From NCBI GenBank assembly GCA_963669295.1, contig OY769938.1, positions 1,625,086-1,689,085 of the forward strand: DNA of 64,000 bases. The letters are read 5' to 3'. Source of the DNA: Flavobacteriales bacterium. Lineage in GTDB: Bacteria > Bacteroidota > Bacteroidia > Flavobacteriales_D > CALLUQ01. Made by a program: the position numbers and the translations under genes. Positions within the stretch are counted from its first letter, which is position 1. Every line of letters begins with the position of its first letter. The notes under the pieces were generated by a model. That model was not told the DNA's origin, made no database searches, and saw only the letters and a program-made list of their open reading frames with translations. Shown piece by piece: positions 1-8,663 of this stretch.

Positions 1-1380
1 TGTCACCGTGTTGGTGCCGATGTTCGCACAAGTAAATGAGGTAATGTCTAAACTCAAAGTAGGCGTTCCACAATTATCGGTACTGCCATTGTCGATATCT
101 CCTGTAGTGATGGTAGCATTTCCTGCACCATCGAGGTATACTGTAATGTTTTGACATACTGCGGTTGGTGATACGGTATCCAATACCGTTACGGTTGAAG
201 TACATTGGGTACTGTTCCCATTACCATCATCCACCGTTAAGGTTACCGTATTCGCTCCTGCATTCGCACAAGTAAATGAGGTAATGTCGGCACTTAAACT
301 CACCGAACCACAATTGTCGGTGCTGCCGTTGTCAATGTCGGCTGCTACAATAGAAGCAGTACCTGCTCCATCAAGGTACACGGTAATATCCTGGCAACTG
401 GCTGTGGGTGCCGTATTGTCGGCAATGGTAACCACCGCCACACATTGGCTGGTGTTGCCGTTGCCATCGTCTACGGTTAAGGTAACATTGTTGGCACCAA
501 GGTTGGCACAGGTAAAGGCGGTTGGCGAAGCACTTAGGCTTACTGCACCACAATTATCGGTACTGCCACCATCAATCATCGCTGCCGTAATGGTAGCGTT
601 TCCTGAACCATCGAGGTTTACAGTGATGTTTTGACATACGGCCGTGGGTGAAATGGTATCTTGTACTGTTACTACTGCCACACACTGGCTGGTGTTGCCA
701 TTACCATCGTCTGCGGTTAAAGTAACGTTGTTCGCACCTATGTTGGCACAAGTAAAAGCGGTAATGTCGGCACTTAAGCTTACTGCACCACAATTATCGG
801 TGCTGCCACCATCAATACTGGCTGCGGTAATACTTGCATTGCCTGCACCATCTAAATAAACCGTAACATTTTGACATACTGCCGTTGGTGAAATGGTATC
901 CAATACCGTTACTGTTGAAGTACATTGGCTGGTGTTGCCATTGCCATCATCGGCTGTTAGGGTAACCGTATTCGCTCCTACGTTCGCACAAGTAAAAGCG
1001 GTAATGTCGGCACTTAGGCTTACTGCACCGCAATTGTCGGTGCTGCCACCATCAATACTGGCTGCAGTAATACTTGCATTGCCTGCACCATCTAAATAAA
1101 CGGTAATGTCCTGGCATACTGCCGTTGGTGATATAGTATCGACTACTGTAACTGTAGCCGTACAATTGTCGCTGTTAGCTGCCGCATCTTCTACCGTTAA
1201 AGTAACAGTATTAGCACCAAGGTTAGCACAAGTAAAACTGCTGATGTCTAATGAGTAGCTGGTAATGCCAATGTTATCGGTACTACCCCCATCTACATCA
1301 CCTGCTGTAATAGAAACATTGCCTGCACCATCCAGGTACGCAGTAATGTCCTGGCACACTGCTGTTGGAGGTACAGCATC
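1..1380 (-). repeat. Tandem 240-bp (80-codon) coding repeats, at least 5.7 copies, continuing past the window edge
   Basis: The unit-boundary motif ggtgaNaNNgtatc recurs at about 167, 407, 647, 887, 1127 and 1367, a period of 240 bp. Units 647-886 and 887-1126 share a ~110-bp tract that differs at only about 4 positions (agtaaaagcggtaatgtcggcactta.gcttactgcacc...). Confidence 0.9.
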
Positions 1381-2631
1381 CTGCACTCCATAGTTTTGTA
1401 CATACACTCCATAGTTGCTCCCATCGTTGGTGCTTGCAGAGTTTCTTAATCCATCCTGCCATGCAATGGCCATGTTGGTGGCCTGTTCTCTACCTCCTAC
1501 CGTTGGGAATTGTTGGTAATCATTCGTTCGAGTGTTCACCAACTCCTCAGGCTGGTATTCGGTTCCATCTGCTAAAAAGCTCCGGGTGTATACCCCTCCT
1601 TTATCACCATCCTGCGCCCAACTGGTCCAGGCTACAGTATAATTGCTTCCGGAAATCACAGCAACGGAAGGGTGGTGTTGCGAAGCAGCCGTAGTGGTAC
1701 TCACCTGAAATTCAGGTACTGTTACACTGGCCGTATTGTCGTAAATCTGTCCGTATACACCATAATGGTCGCCATCCTGGGCATAACTGGACCAGGTAAC
1801 CATAAAGTTCCCTGCATCATCCATAGCTATGCTGGGCTCTTCCTGGTTCTCTGCAGTAGTAGCATTCACCTGGAATTCACTGCCTACCATCGTGCGGGTA
1901 TTGTCAAACTGTTGAGCAAAAATGCCCTTCCCATCTCCATCCTGACCGTGTGATTGCCATACTACAGTAAAGTTGCCATTCGCATCACAAGCAATATCAG
2001 GATGTGCCTGGTGGCCCGCTGTTGTAGTATTGATCCAATAAGGTGATGACGTTGCAGCTCCTGCACTGGTGTAATGTCGTCCTCTCACCCCAAAACCATC
2101 GCCATCATCATCACTCCATACAAACCAAATGTCACCATCATCATCTACCGCCACCCTTGGGTGCATCTGGTTGCCCGTTTGAGTTGAGTTCACTCGCCAA
2201 TCATTCGCCTTCGCTGTACCATCACTGTTGTATCGTCGGGCATAAACGCCCCAACCATCATTGTCTTCTCCATAGCTCATCCAAACTACCGTGAAGTCGC
2301 CATTGTCATCCATGTCTACATCTGGTGAGCGCTGAGCGCCTGCTGTGGTTTGGCTGATTGTGATTTGACCACCATTGGTCGTCCCATCACTGTTGTACAA
2401 CTGGGCATATATCCCATAATCATCACCATCTTCTAGGTGACTCTCCCAAACCACCACGTAGTTGCCCGAGGTGTCCATCGCCATCTCAGGACGCTGCTGA
2501 TTGTCCGCTGTTGTGGTGTTCACCAACGTTTCACTGCCATTGGCCGTAACCTGGGAGTACCCTAGCGTACTCATCAGGCCCAGCAACAGCGTTACGCCAG
2601 CATTTATGTATTGATTTGTTAACCAACGCAT
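1..2631 (-). CDS. Large secreted repeat adhesin, N-terminal 877 codons. The ORF runs off the left edge, so it is missing from the supplied ORF track.
   Basis: Reverse-strand ATG at 2629-2631 gives MRWLTNQYINAGVTLLLGLMSTLGYSQ, a signal peptide. Seven repeats follow of the type QxxPxVAMDxxGNFVVVWxSxxQDGDxxGVYxQxY, suggesting a 7-bladed propeller. Then come tandem 80-aa Cys-containing Ig/HYR-like modules (DTISPTAVCQDITVYLDGAGNASITAASIDGGSTDNCGAVSLSADITAFTCANVGANTVTLTADDGNGNTSQCTSTVTVL). I checked the frame at 1378-1380, and it stays open to nt 1. Confidence 0.85.
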   Translation of the reverse strand, partial: MRWLTNQYINAGVTLLLGLMSTLGYSQVTANGSETLVNTTTADNQQRPEMAMDTSGNYVVVWESHLEDGDDYGIYAQLYNSDGTTNGGQITISQTTAGAQRSPDVDMDDNGDFTVVWMSYGEDNDGWGVYARRYNSDGTAKANDWRVNSTQTGNQMHPRVAVDDDGDIWFVWSDDDGDGFGVRGRHYTSAGAATSSPYWINTTTAGHQAHPDIACDANGNFTVVWQSHGQDGDGKGIFAQQFDNTRTMVGSEFQVNATTAENQEEPSIAMDDAGNFMVTWSSYAQDGDHYGVYGQIYDNTASVTVPEFQVSTTTAASQHHPSVAVISGSNYTVAWTSWAQDGDKGGVYTRSFLADGTEYQPEELVNTRTNDYQQFPTVGGREQATNMAIAWQDGLRNSASTNDGSNYGVYVQNYGVQDAVPPTAVCQDITAYLDGAGNVSITAGDVDGGSTDNIGITSYSLDISSFTCANLGANTVTLTVEDAAANSDNCTATVTVVDTISPTAVCQDITVYLDGAGNASITAASIDGGSTDNCGAVSLSADITAFTCANVGANTVTLTADDGNGNTSQCTSTVTVLDTISPTAVCQNVTVYLDGAGNASITAASIDGGSTDNCGAVSLSADITAFTCANIGANNVTLTADDGNGNTSQCVAVVTVQDTISPTAVCQNITVNLDGSGNATITAAMIDGGSTDNCGAVSLSASPTAFTCANLGANNVTLTVDDGNGNTSQCVAVVTIADNTAPTASCQDITVYLDGAGTASIVAADIDNGSTDNCGSVSLSADITSFTCANAGANTVTLTVDDGNGNSTQCTSTVTVLDTVSPTAVCQNITVYLDGAGNATITTGDIDNGSTDNCGTPTLSLDITSFTCANIGTNTVT

Positions 2632-2664
2632 AGTCTTTTGTTTTAAGGTTAAACGTCGGTTGTC

Positions 2665-4563
2665 TTATTGCTTCGCTTCTGTCACCCGGGAGGTGTTCGC
2701 ATCCACCTTCACTTCTATCGTTTCTAATTTCTTGTTGATCTCCAACAACGCTTCTTCGTAGTTCTTAATCAGCTCCTGTTGCTCACTGATGGTCTCTTGT
2801 TGGTCTTTCACCTTCTGATCCAATTCCTGTACCGCCTTCACCAGCGGTACCACAAACTCGGCATACCGTAACCCATACATCCCCGTATCAGGGTTGTCTG
2901 GTACCTTAACTCCACTAAAGCTAAAGCCTAAGTTGTTCGCTGTCGCTTCTACCTCCTGAGCTATGAATCCGGTGTATTGAATCTTGTTCTTGTTCAACAT
3001 CAATTGTTTCACCCCATCGGGTATTTCAACACTGTTGAAGTCGTGCATGTCGGCAGTCTTGTAGTTGTAGGTTACAGGCCGCAACTGGTTGATGAAAGTC
3101 AACCCTGGTACATTCTCTTTTACATTGTGCTTGAAACGTCCATCTGAGGTAGCCGTCCAGTTCACTGTGCCACCTATAGAGGTATGGCTGCTGTTCCCAA
3201 TAAATACTTCGTTAGAGGCCGACAAGGATCCCCCCTCACCAATCGCTATCGAGTTCGCACCACTTACAGTAGCGCCATTACCTATCGCTATACCGGCATC
3301 GCCTGTTACACTCGTGCCATTGCCGATCGCTACTCCTCTACTACCTCCTGAACCAATCGTAGCTGTGGTACCTATTGCTACCCCATTACTGTCGTTCAAT
3401 GAGGTTTGGTAACCAATGCCTACACTGCTGTAAGAGCCCGCTGGACCACTCGCCTGGTAACCTATCGCTATCGTCCTGTCATCCTGGATCGAACCTCCAT
3501 AACCTATGCCAATCGCATAATCGCCCTTGCCTCCACCGTTGGTAATGTCGAAGTTATAACCCATCGATATGGCGCCAATAGCATTGTTAACTACCGCTGA
3601 TTCTTCTCCAAATACAGTTGCATACTGGCTGTTTGCATAAGCGTTGTAACCATAAATCGTAATATCATTCGTTCCTGCATAAGTGTCAGCTCCTACGTAA
3701 GTACATCTCGAGGAGTTCGTATTATCAAAGTCGGCATAAGCGCCAATACCTACGTTATCGCTACCGTTACGGTTAGAGTAACCCGCCACAAACCCCATGT
3801 AAGTATTCCTGTTAGAGGTGGAAGTGGTGTTGGTCCGGTTGTTATCCCATCCGCAATAAGCTCCTACAAAGGTGTTCATATCGCCATGCTCGGTAGCTGC
3901 ACCTGCGGCAGCTCCGATCATCGTATTGTAGTAACCTGCTCCACAGTCGGTCATTGCTGAATCACCCAACGCTGTGTTGTGGTGGCCATCAGTATTGTCA
4001 TAACCCGCTTCGTTGCCTACAAAGGTATTTCTATAGCCTGTTGTGTTGGTTCTCCCTGCCGTAGAGCCTATAAATGTGTTGTCTGAGGCAGTCGTATTGT
4101 TGTAACCTGCATCTTCTCCTACAAACGTTAAGTCATCACCACTGGTGTTGCTGTAACCACATTCCTCGCCAATGAAGACTACATCGGCTCCACTTTGGTT
4201 GGCAATACCTGCGTGTACTCCAATAATTACCACATCGGTTCCTGTATTCACCAACCCGGCTTGTTTACCGATAATCACGTTATCAGTACCAGTGGTACTG
4301 TTACGACCAGCATCCTGGCCTATAAACGTTAAGTCAAACTGGGTTAACATGCTGTAACCAGCTTGCTCTCCTACAAACGTGTTGTTCGATCCCGAAGAGT
4401 TGTTGTAACCTGCTGAGTCGCCTAAAAAAGTGTTGTAGTCACCAGTGGTTAAATTGCCCCCGGCACCGGAACCCAATGTCTCATTGGCCGTTTGAGAAAA
4501 ACCAAAGGGAGTAATCATTAGTAAAAATAATAACGCACTGAATGAGTAGAAGATTCTTTTCAT
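2665..4563 (-). CDS. Secreted tail-fibre-like protein with YadA-head-like beta-roll repeats, a peptidase-S74 intramolecular chaperone domain and a C-terminal coiled coil
   Basis: 632-aa ORF with signal peptide MKRIFYSFSALLFLLMITPFGFSQ. It has many degenerate 14-15-aa NTxxGxxAGxxNTxG repeats. The C-terminal segment SDGRFKHNVKENVPGLTFINQLRPVTYNYK...GFIAQEVE is typical of the endosialidase-chaperone (S74) domain. Its stop lies 33 bp upstream of the adhesin start on the same strand. Confidence 0.8.
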   Translation of the reverse strand: MKRIFYSFSALLFLLMITPFGFSQTANETLGSGAGGNLTTGDYNTFLGDSAGYNNSSGSNNTFVGEQAGYSMLTQFDLTFIGQDAGRNSTTGTDNVIIGKQAGLVNTGTDVVIIGVHAGIANQSGADVVFIGEECGYSNTSGDDLTFVGEDAGYNNTTASDNTFIGSTAGRTNTTGYRNTFVGNEAGYDNTDGHHNTALGDSAMTDCGAGYYNTMIGAAAGAATEHGDMNTFVGAYCGWDNNRTNTTSTSNRNTYMGFVAGYSNRNGSDNVGIGAYADFDNTNSSRCTYVGADTYAGTNDITIYGYNAYANSQYATVFGEESAVVNNAIGAISMGYNFDITNGGGKGDYAIGIGYGGSIQDDRTIAIGYQASGPAGSYSSVGIGYQTSLNDSNGVAIGTTATIGSGGSRGVAIGNGTSVTGDAGIAIGNGATVSGANSIAIGEGGSLSASNEVFIGNSSHTSIGGTVNWTATSDGRFKHNVKENVPGLTFINQLRPVTYNYKTADMHDFNSVEIPDGVKQLMLNKNKIQYTGFIAQEVEATANNLGFSFSGVKVPDNPDTGMYGLRYAEFVVPLVKAVQELDQKVKDQQETISEQQELIKNYEEALLEINKKLETIEVKVDANTSRVTEAKQ

Positions 4564-4759
4564 GATATTACGATTGGTTGGTATCTTATTTTATACGTAT
4601 GGTTTTGCACAATTCGAATGCAACAGATTTTCGAAATTGCACAATATCTTGCTAACGAAGCTGTAAATTACAACAAATTTTGCACTTGTTGAATTGTATT
4701 CGCTCGCGCACGCAATTATAAAGACGCATTTTAACGATACTGCGGTTGTATTGCCCCAG

Positions 4760-5134
4760 CTAGTCGTCTAAAGCTTTCCCTTTTTCACCCTCTTTTCTAA
4801 GCTTCAACAAGGCGGCTTCCATCGCCTTCATTTCGTTAAGGGTTAGTCCTTTCATCAGTTGTTTGATGCGCGATGGTTGATGTTTTCGCTGCAACACCTT
4901 TAAGGGATGATTTTCACCGTTCTGCCCTTCCGAAGGTTTCCACACCAATAAATCGTGTGGGGTACACCCGAGGACAATGCACAGTTTTTCGAGTTGGTTG
5001 GTAGAAAGACCTTGCGCCTTGTTCGCTGCAATTCGACCTGCCAAATAGTGTGTAAAGCCTTTTCGTTTAAGCCACGTGTAAGGGTTTTCGACTCCTTTTG
5101 CAGCCATTACACTTTTAAAATCATAGTATAGCAT
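4760..5134 (-). CDS. XRE/Cro-type helix-turn-helix transcriptional regulator
   Basis: 124-aa ORF. The segment GLSTNQLEKLCIVLGCTPHDLLVW is a typical HTH_3/XRE recognition-helix region. Confidence 0.7.
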   Translation of the reverse strand: MLYYDFKSVMAAKGVENPYTWLKRKGFTHYLAGRIAANKAQGLSTNQLEKLCIVLGCTPHDLLVWKPSEGQNGENHPLKVLQRKHQPSRIKQLMKGLTLNEMKAMEAALLKLRKEGEKGKALDD

Positions 5135-5593
5135 CGTTTTATCTTTTCTTCTAGACGAAATTTTAGGCAGAATGGTTGCATGGCCCTATGCAGAAAACTC
5201 AAAAAAATGTTGTTTCTCACTTAAACAAGGTGTTTCAGCAGGTAGATTTATAGCAAATTGCGCAAAAAAGGCAGACGTAATAGTTAAAAGGGAAAGCCTA
5301 ACATTTAAAAACATGAGAGAAAAAGTTAAGAAGATGAGAGTAATCATCGAAAAAGTATGAGGGTAAGTTAAATAGATGAGTTGGTTGATTAACAATGTGA
5401 GCACATAAGTTAACACCATGGCCATTACATTCAACGGTTGAAGAGGCGTATTTTATTGCATGAGAAGAAGGGGTAAAGCAATAAGCGTTTTGGTAAGGGA
5501 TGGAGGAAGAATGATAAGAGAAGAACTTCTGGTAGTGTAGTACAAAGCTCTGGCACAGTAGTATAGCGTCATGGCTATCTCTTGCAAAGCCCT

Positions 5594-7483
5594 TTACTCT
5601 TCTAATTTAGTCCAATAGGCGTCGGGAACAACAAGCCCTCGCTTGCGAGCAGCCTCCGCATCCTGTCGGGCAGCCTTCTTGTTGCCCATATTGAGGTGCA
5701 CTTGCGAACGCAAGAACAGTGCTTCACCTGATGGTTCAAGGGTTGCTGCCTTGCCAAAATCGTTGAGTGCCGCTTCATAAAGCCCCAACGCTTCGTTGTA
5801 TACCCCTCGGTGTCGATAAAAATAAGCGTTCCATGGCTCAAGCGCGATGGCAGCATCAAAATCGCTAAGTGCAAATTGCTGTTGCCCCAGCATTTTTTGC
5901 ACCAATGCCCTATTTAGGTAGGCCAGTGCATAAGAAGAGTCTGCTTTTACTGCCAGGTCAAAATCTGCCAATGCACTCTGCAAATCGCCTTGCTTTCCTT
6001 TAAGTGCCCCCCGGTTAAGGTAGGCACGCGCATGGAAAGCATCCCGCTCCACTGCCGCCGTATAGTCTTGCACTGCAGCACCTACCTCTTGCATTTTTTC
6101 ATGCCATCGTCCCCGCTCGTAATAGCCTTCTGCCAGAGGTGGGTTCAACGCAATGCCCAGGTCAAAATCGCTTTTGGCCCGCTCCAACTCTCCGGCATCG
6201 CTGTAGTATACACCCCGGTTTAAATAACCAAAATAATGGCGAGGGTAGCGCTCTACCACAGCACTCCACAACGTAGCCCCATTGTTCCACACCTTCGCCT
6301 GCCGGTATGTTTGCACACCCAAAAAACCCACCCAAATAGCCATCAGAGCCACTACAGCTCCCTGCATGCGCGCCCACTTTTTGGGAGGGTTTAACATACG
6401 ATGCACCGCCAGGGCCACCAGGTAAAACAACCCAATGTATGCCACATAGGTATAGCGCTCTGCACTAACCGCTTTGCCAAAAGGTATGATTTGCAATACC
6501 GGACCAATGGTGACTAAAAAAAAGGCCATACCAAAAAACGCCTTGCGCCACCGAAAAGCACGATACAGCAAAAACAAGCCAATAATAAAAGGCACCGAAC
6601 TGGCATAATAATACCATGGCAACACAATGCCCTCCAAAAATGGAAAAGGATGAAAAGGCGATAAATTAACCGGCAATAACGCCTTGATGGCATATAGCAA
6701 TGCGTTGTTAGTGCCAATAAATAGGGTTTTATACAACGGGTATTCAGCAACAGCCATCATCGAATCGCTGGCCTGCTGTCCGTATTTTGCCACCACCAAT
6801 GCCACGCCGCTCAGCACCAAAAAAGGCAGCTTTTCTAACCACTGCTGCCACCCTTGGCGTCGTCCTTGCAAATAGTCGGCCAACACTAAAATAACCGGCA
6901 AGGTAAAAGCCATGCTCTTCGCCAGTAGGGCAATGGCAAACAACAGCAACGACAACAAATACCACCACACCCGCCTGTGCTTATGGGTAAATTGCTCGTA
7001 ACACAACAACGACAACAAATAAAATGCGGTGTACAACACATCCTTTCGTGCCGACACCCATGCTACCGATTCTACATGCATTGGGTGCATGCCAAAAAGC
7101 AACGCTACCACAAAAGCCACCATGGCATTGCTCCACCTACGCATCAACATAAATACCAGCAATACATTAACCAGGTGCCACAACAAGTTGGTGAGGTGAT
7201 AGCCAAAAGCATTGTCTTGCCAAAAATGGTAGTCGATGGCCAGCGACAACATCGTAACAGGATGGTACAACCCTACCTGATGGGCAGTGGTAAACATATT
7301 GCCCACCTGCTCGCCCGACAGTTGCTGTACCATGGGGTTGCGCAACACATAGGCATCATCATCCCAATTTACCCAGCCGTTTTGCAGTGTAGGCCACAAA
7401 CAAGCAACAGTAATTGCCATTGCAACAATCGCCAACAACCACGAAGGCCATCGTTTCAGCGCTATGCGATCAGCAGTTCCCAT
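5594..7483 (-). CDS. Polytopic GT-C glycosyltransferase with C-terminal TPR repeats (TMTC/PMT-like architecture)
   Basis: 629 aa with about 10 hydrophobic segments. The first loop motif is GWVNWDDDAYVLRNP followed by GYHLTNLLWHLVNVLLVF, matching the DD-loop and HxxN pattern of TMTC/DUF1736-type enzymes. The last ~220 aa are TPR repeats (AxxDFxxAIxLxPxxAxAYxNRG). Confidence 0.65.
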   Translation of the reverse strand: MGTADRIALKRWPSWLLAIVAMAITVACLWPTLQNGWVNWDDDAYVLRNPMVQQLSGEQVGNMFTTAHQVGLYHPVTMLSLAIDYHFWQDNAFGYHLTNLLWHLVNVLLVFMLMRRWSNAMVAFVVALLFGMHPMHVESVAWVSARKDVLYTAFYLLSLLCYEQFTHKHRRVWWYLLSLLLFAIALLAKSMAFTLPVILVLADYLQGRRQGWQQWLEKLPFLVLSGVALVVAKYGQQASDSMMAVAEYPLYKTLFIGTNNALLYAIKALLPVNLSPFHPFPFLEGIVLPWYYYASSVPFIIGLFLLYRAFRWRKAFFGMAFFLVTIGPVLQIIPFGKAVSAERYTYVAYIGLFYLVALAVHRMLNPPKKWARMQGAVVALMAIWVGFLGVQTYRQAKVWNNGATLWSAVVERYPRHYFGYLNRGVYYSDAGELERAKSDFDLGIALNPPLAEGYYERGRWHEKMQEVGAAVQDYTAAVERDAFHARAYLNRGALKGKQGDLQSALADFDLAVKADSSYALAYLNRALVQKMLGQQQFALSDFDAAIALEPWNAYFYRHRGVYNEALGLYEAALNDFGKAATLEPSGEALFLRSQVHLNMGNKKAARQDAEAARKRGLVVPDAYWTKLEE

Positions 7484-7584
7484 TGCGTCGAATTTAGCGA
7501 TAATATTGGAGCGACTCCTTTACGGAAGCTCAATAAACACTTCCCTGCTAATATTTTTATCTTTAGGGCAATTGAACCCATAAA

Positions 7585-8328
7585 ATGATTCACGGAAAAA
7601 AGGTGCTTGTTATCATGCCTGCCTATAACGCAGGGAAAACGTTGGAAAAAACGTATGCCGACATTCCCTTTGATGTAGTGGATGATGTAGTACTGGTAGA
7701 CGATAAGAGCAACGATAATACCGTTGCAGTAGCGCGCGAGTTGGGCATTCAACACATCATCGAACATGCCAGCAATAAAGGGTATGGTGCCAACCAAAAA
7801 TCGTGTTACAACAAGGCATTGGAACTCGATGCCGACATTGTTGTAATGCTGCACCCCGATTACCAATACAACCCAAAGCTCATTCCTTCCTTAGCAGGGT
7901 TAATTGCTCGCGACATCTACCCGGTAGTGATTGCCTCACGCATTCTTGGGAAAGGTGCCCTTAAAGGGGGGATGCCCATGTACAAGTATATCTCTAACCG
8001 CTTTCTCACCTTGTTTCAAAACATCCTGATGGAACAAAAACTATCGGAATACCACACCGGTTATCGTGCCTATCACCGCTCGGTATTGGAAGCCATTGAC
8101 TACAACAGCAACTCCAACGACTTTGTGTTTGACAACCAACTGCTGTCGCAAATTCTTTATACAGGGCATGAAGTAGCAGAGGTTACCTGCCCTGCCCGTT
8201 ACTTTGCCGAAGCATCTTCCATTAATTTCTCGCGCAGCATTACTTATGGATTGGGGGTAATGAAAGTATCGATGCTTTACCGACTCAATAAATGGGGCGT
8301 GCACACCAAATTGTTTGGAAAATTGTAG
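7585..8328 (+). CDS. Family-2 glycosyltransferase, polyprenyl-phosphate sugar synthase (Dpm1/GtrB-like)
   Basis: 247 aa. VLVIMPAYNAGKTLEKT...VVLVDDKSNDNT...DADIVVMLHPDYQY is the classic GT2 DxD fold. It is transcribed divergently from the GT-C/TPR gene across a 101-bp gap. Confidence 0.8.
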   Translation: MIHGKKVLVIMPAYNAGKTLEKTYADIPFDVVDDVVLVDDKSNDNTVAVARELGIQHIIEHASNKGYGANQKSCYNKALELDADIVVMLHPDYQYNPKLIPSLAGLIARDIYPVVIASRILGKGALKGGMPMYKYISNRFLTLFQNILMEQKLSEYHTGYRAYHRSVLEAIDYNSNSNDFVFDNQLLSQILYTGHEVAEVTCPARYFAEASSINFSRSITYGLGVMKVSMLYRLNKWGVHTKLFGKL

Positions 8329-8504
8329 GCTCCTACCTTTTTGCTGTAAACAATTCATCACCGCTTATCTGTTGTCTGCACCCGAAATAAACGATTTCAT
8401 CAAATACCCGCATTTTTTGAACCAACCTTTTCTTTTTCAACGTTATCTATACTAACAAGGCGCTACTCGTTAAAAGCGCGAAGTTGAATTAAAATTTTAC
8501 CATC

Positions 8505-8663
8505 ATGAAAAAAGTTTTGTTTGGTTTACTTGGGCTGCTAACTTTTGTGATCACCTGCTCTGTTGTAGATGAAGCAATGCGTGATCATGAACGGAAACAA
8601 CAACAAATTGCCAGAGAGTTGGCACAACAACAATCAATGCATGTAATTAACCTCAATAATTAA
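8505..8663 (+). CDS. Small putative lipoprotein (52 aa), below the ORF-track length cutoff
   Basis: ATG at 8505 gives MKKVLFGLLGLLTFVITCSVVDEAMRDHERKQQQIARELAQQQSMHVINLNN, ending at TAA 8661-8663. It has a signal peptide with a lipobox-like VITC. Confidence 0.4.
   Translation: MKKVLFGLLGLLTFVITCSVVDEAMRDHERKQQQIARELAQQQSMHVINLNN

Noticed and set aside
284-1099. Plus-strand ORFs 284-634, 644-859 and 893-1099 with repetitive LVLPLPSS...LTAPQLSVLPPS translations
   Set aside because: They are antisense shadows of the 240-bp coding repeats of the minus-strand adhesin. The minus frame is open from 2631 to nt 1 and encodes coherent signal-peptide, propeller and Ig-like modules.
1365-2294. Plus-strand ORFs 1365-1694, 1672-1953 and 2043-2294
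   Set aside because: They lie antisense to the propeller-repeat region of the same adhesin gene. Their compositions are odd (His/Cys/Trp-rich) and carry no motifs.
6977-7866. ORFs 6977-7588 (+, 203 aa) and 7462-7866 (-, 134 aa)
   Set aside because: They are antisense to, or overlap, the well-supported GT-C/TPR and GT2 genes, and have no motifs.
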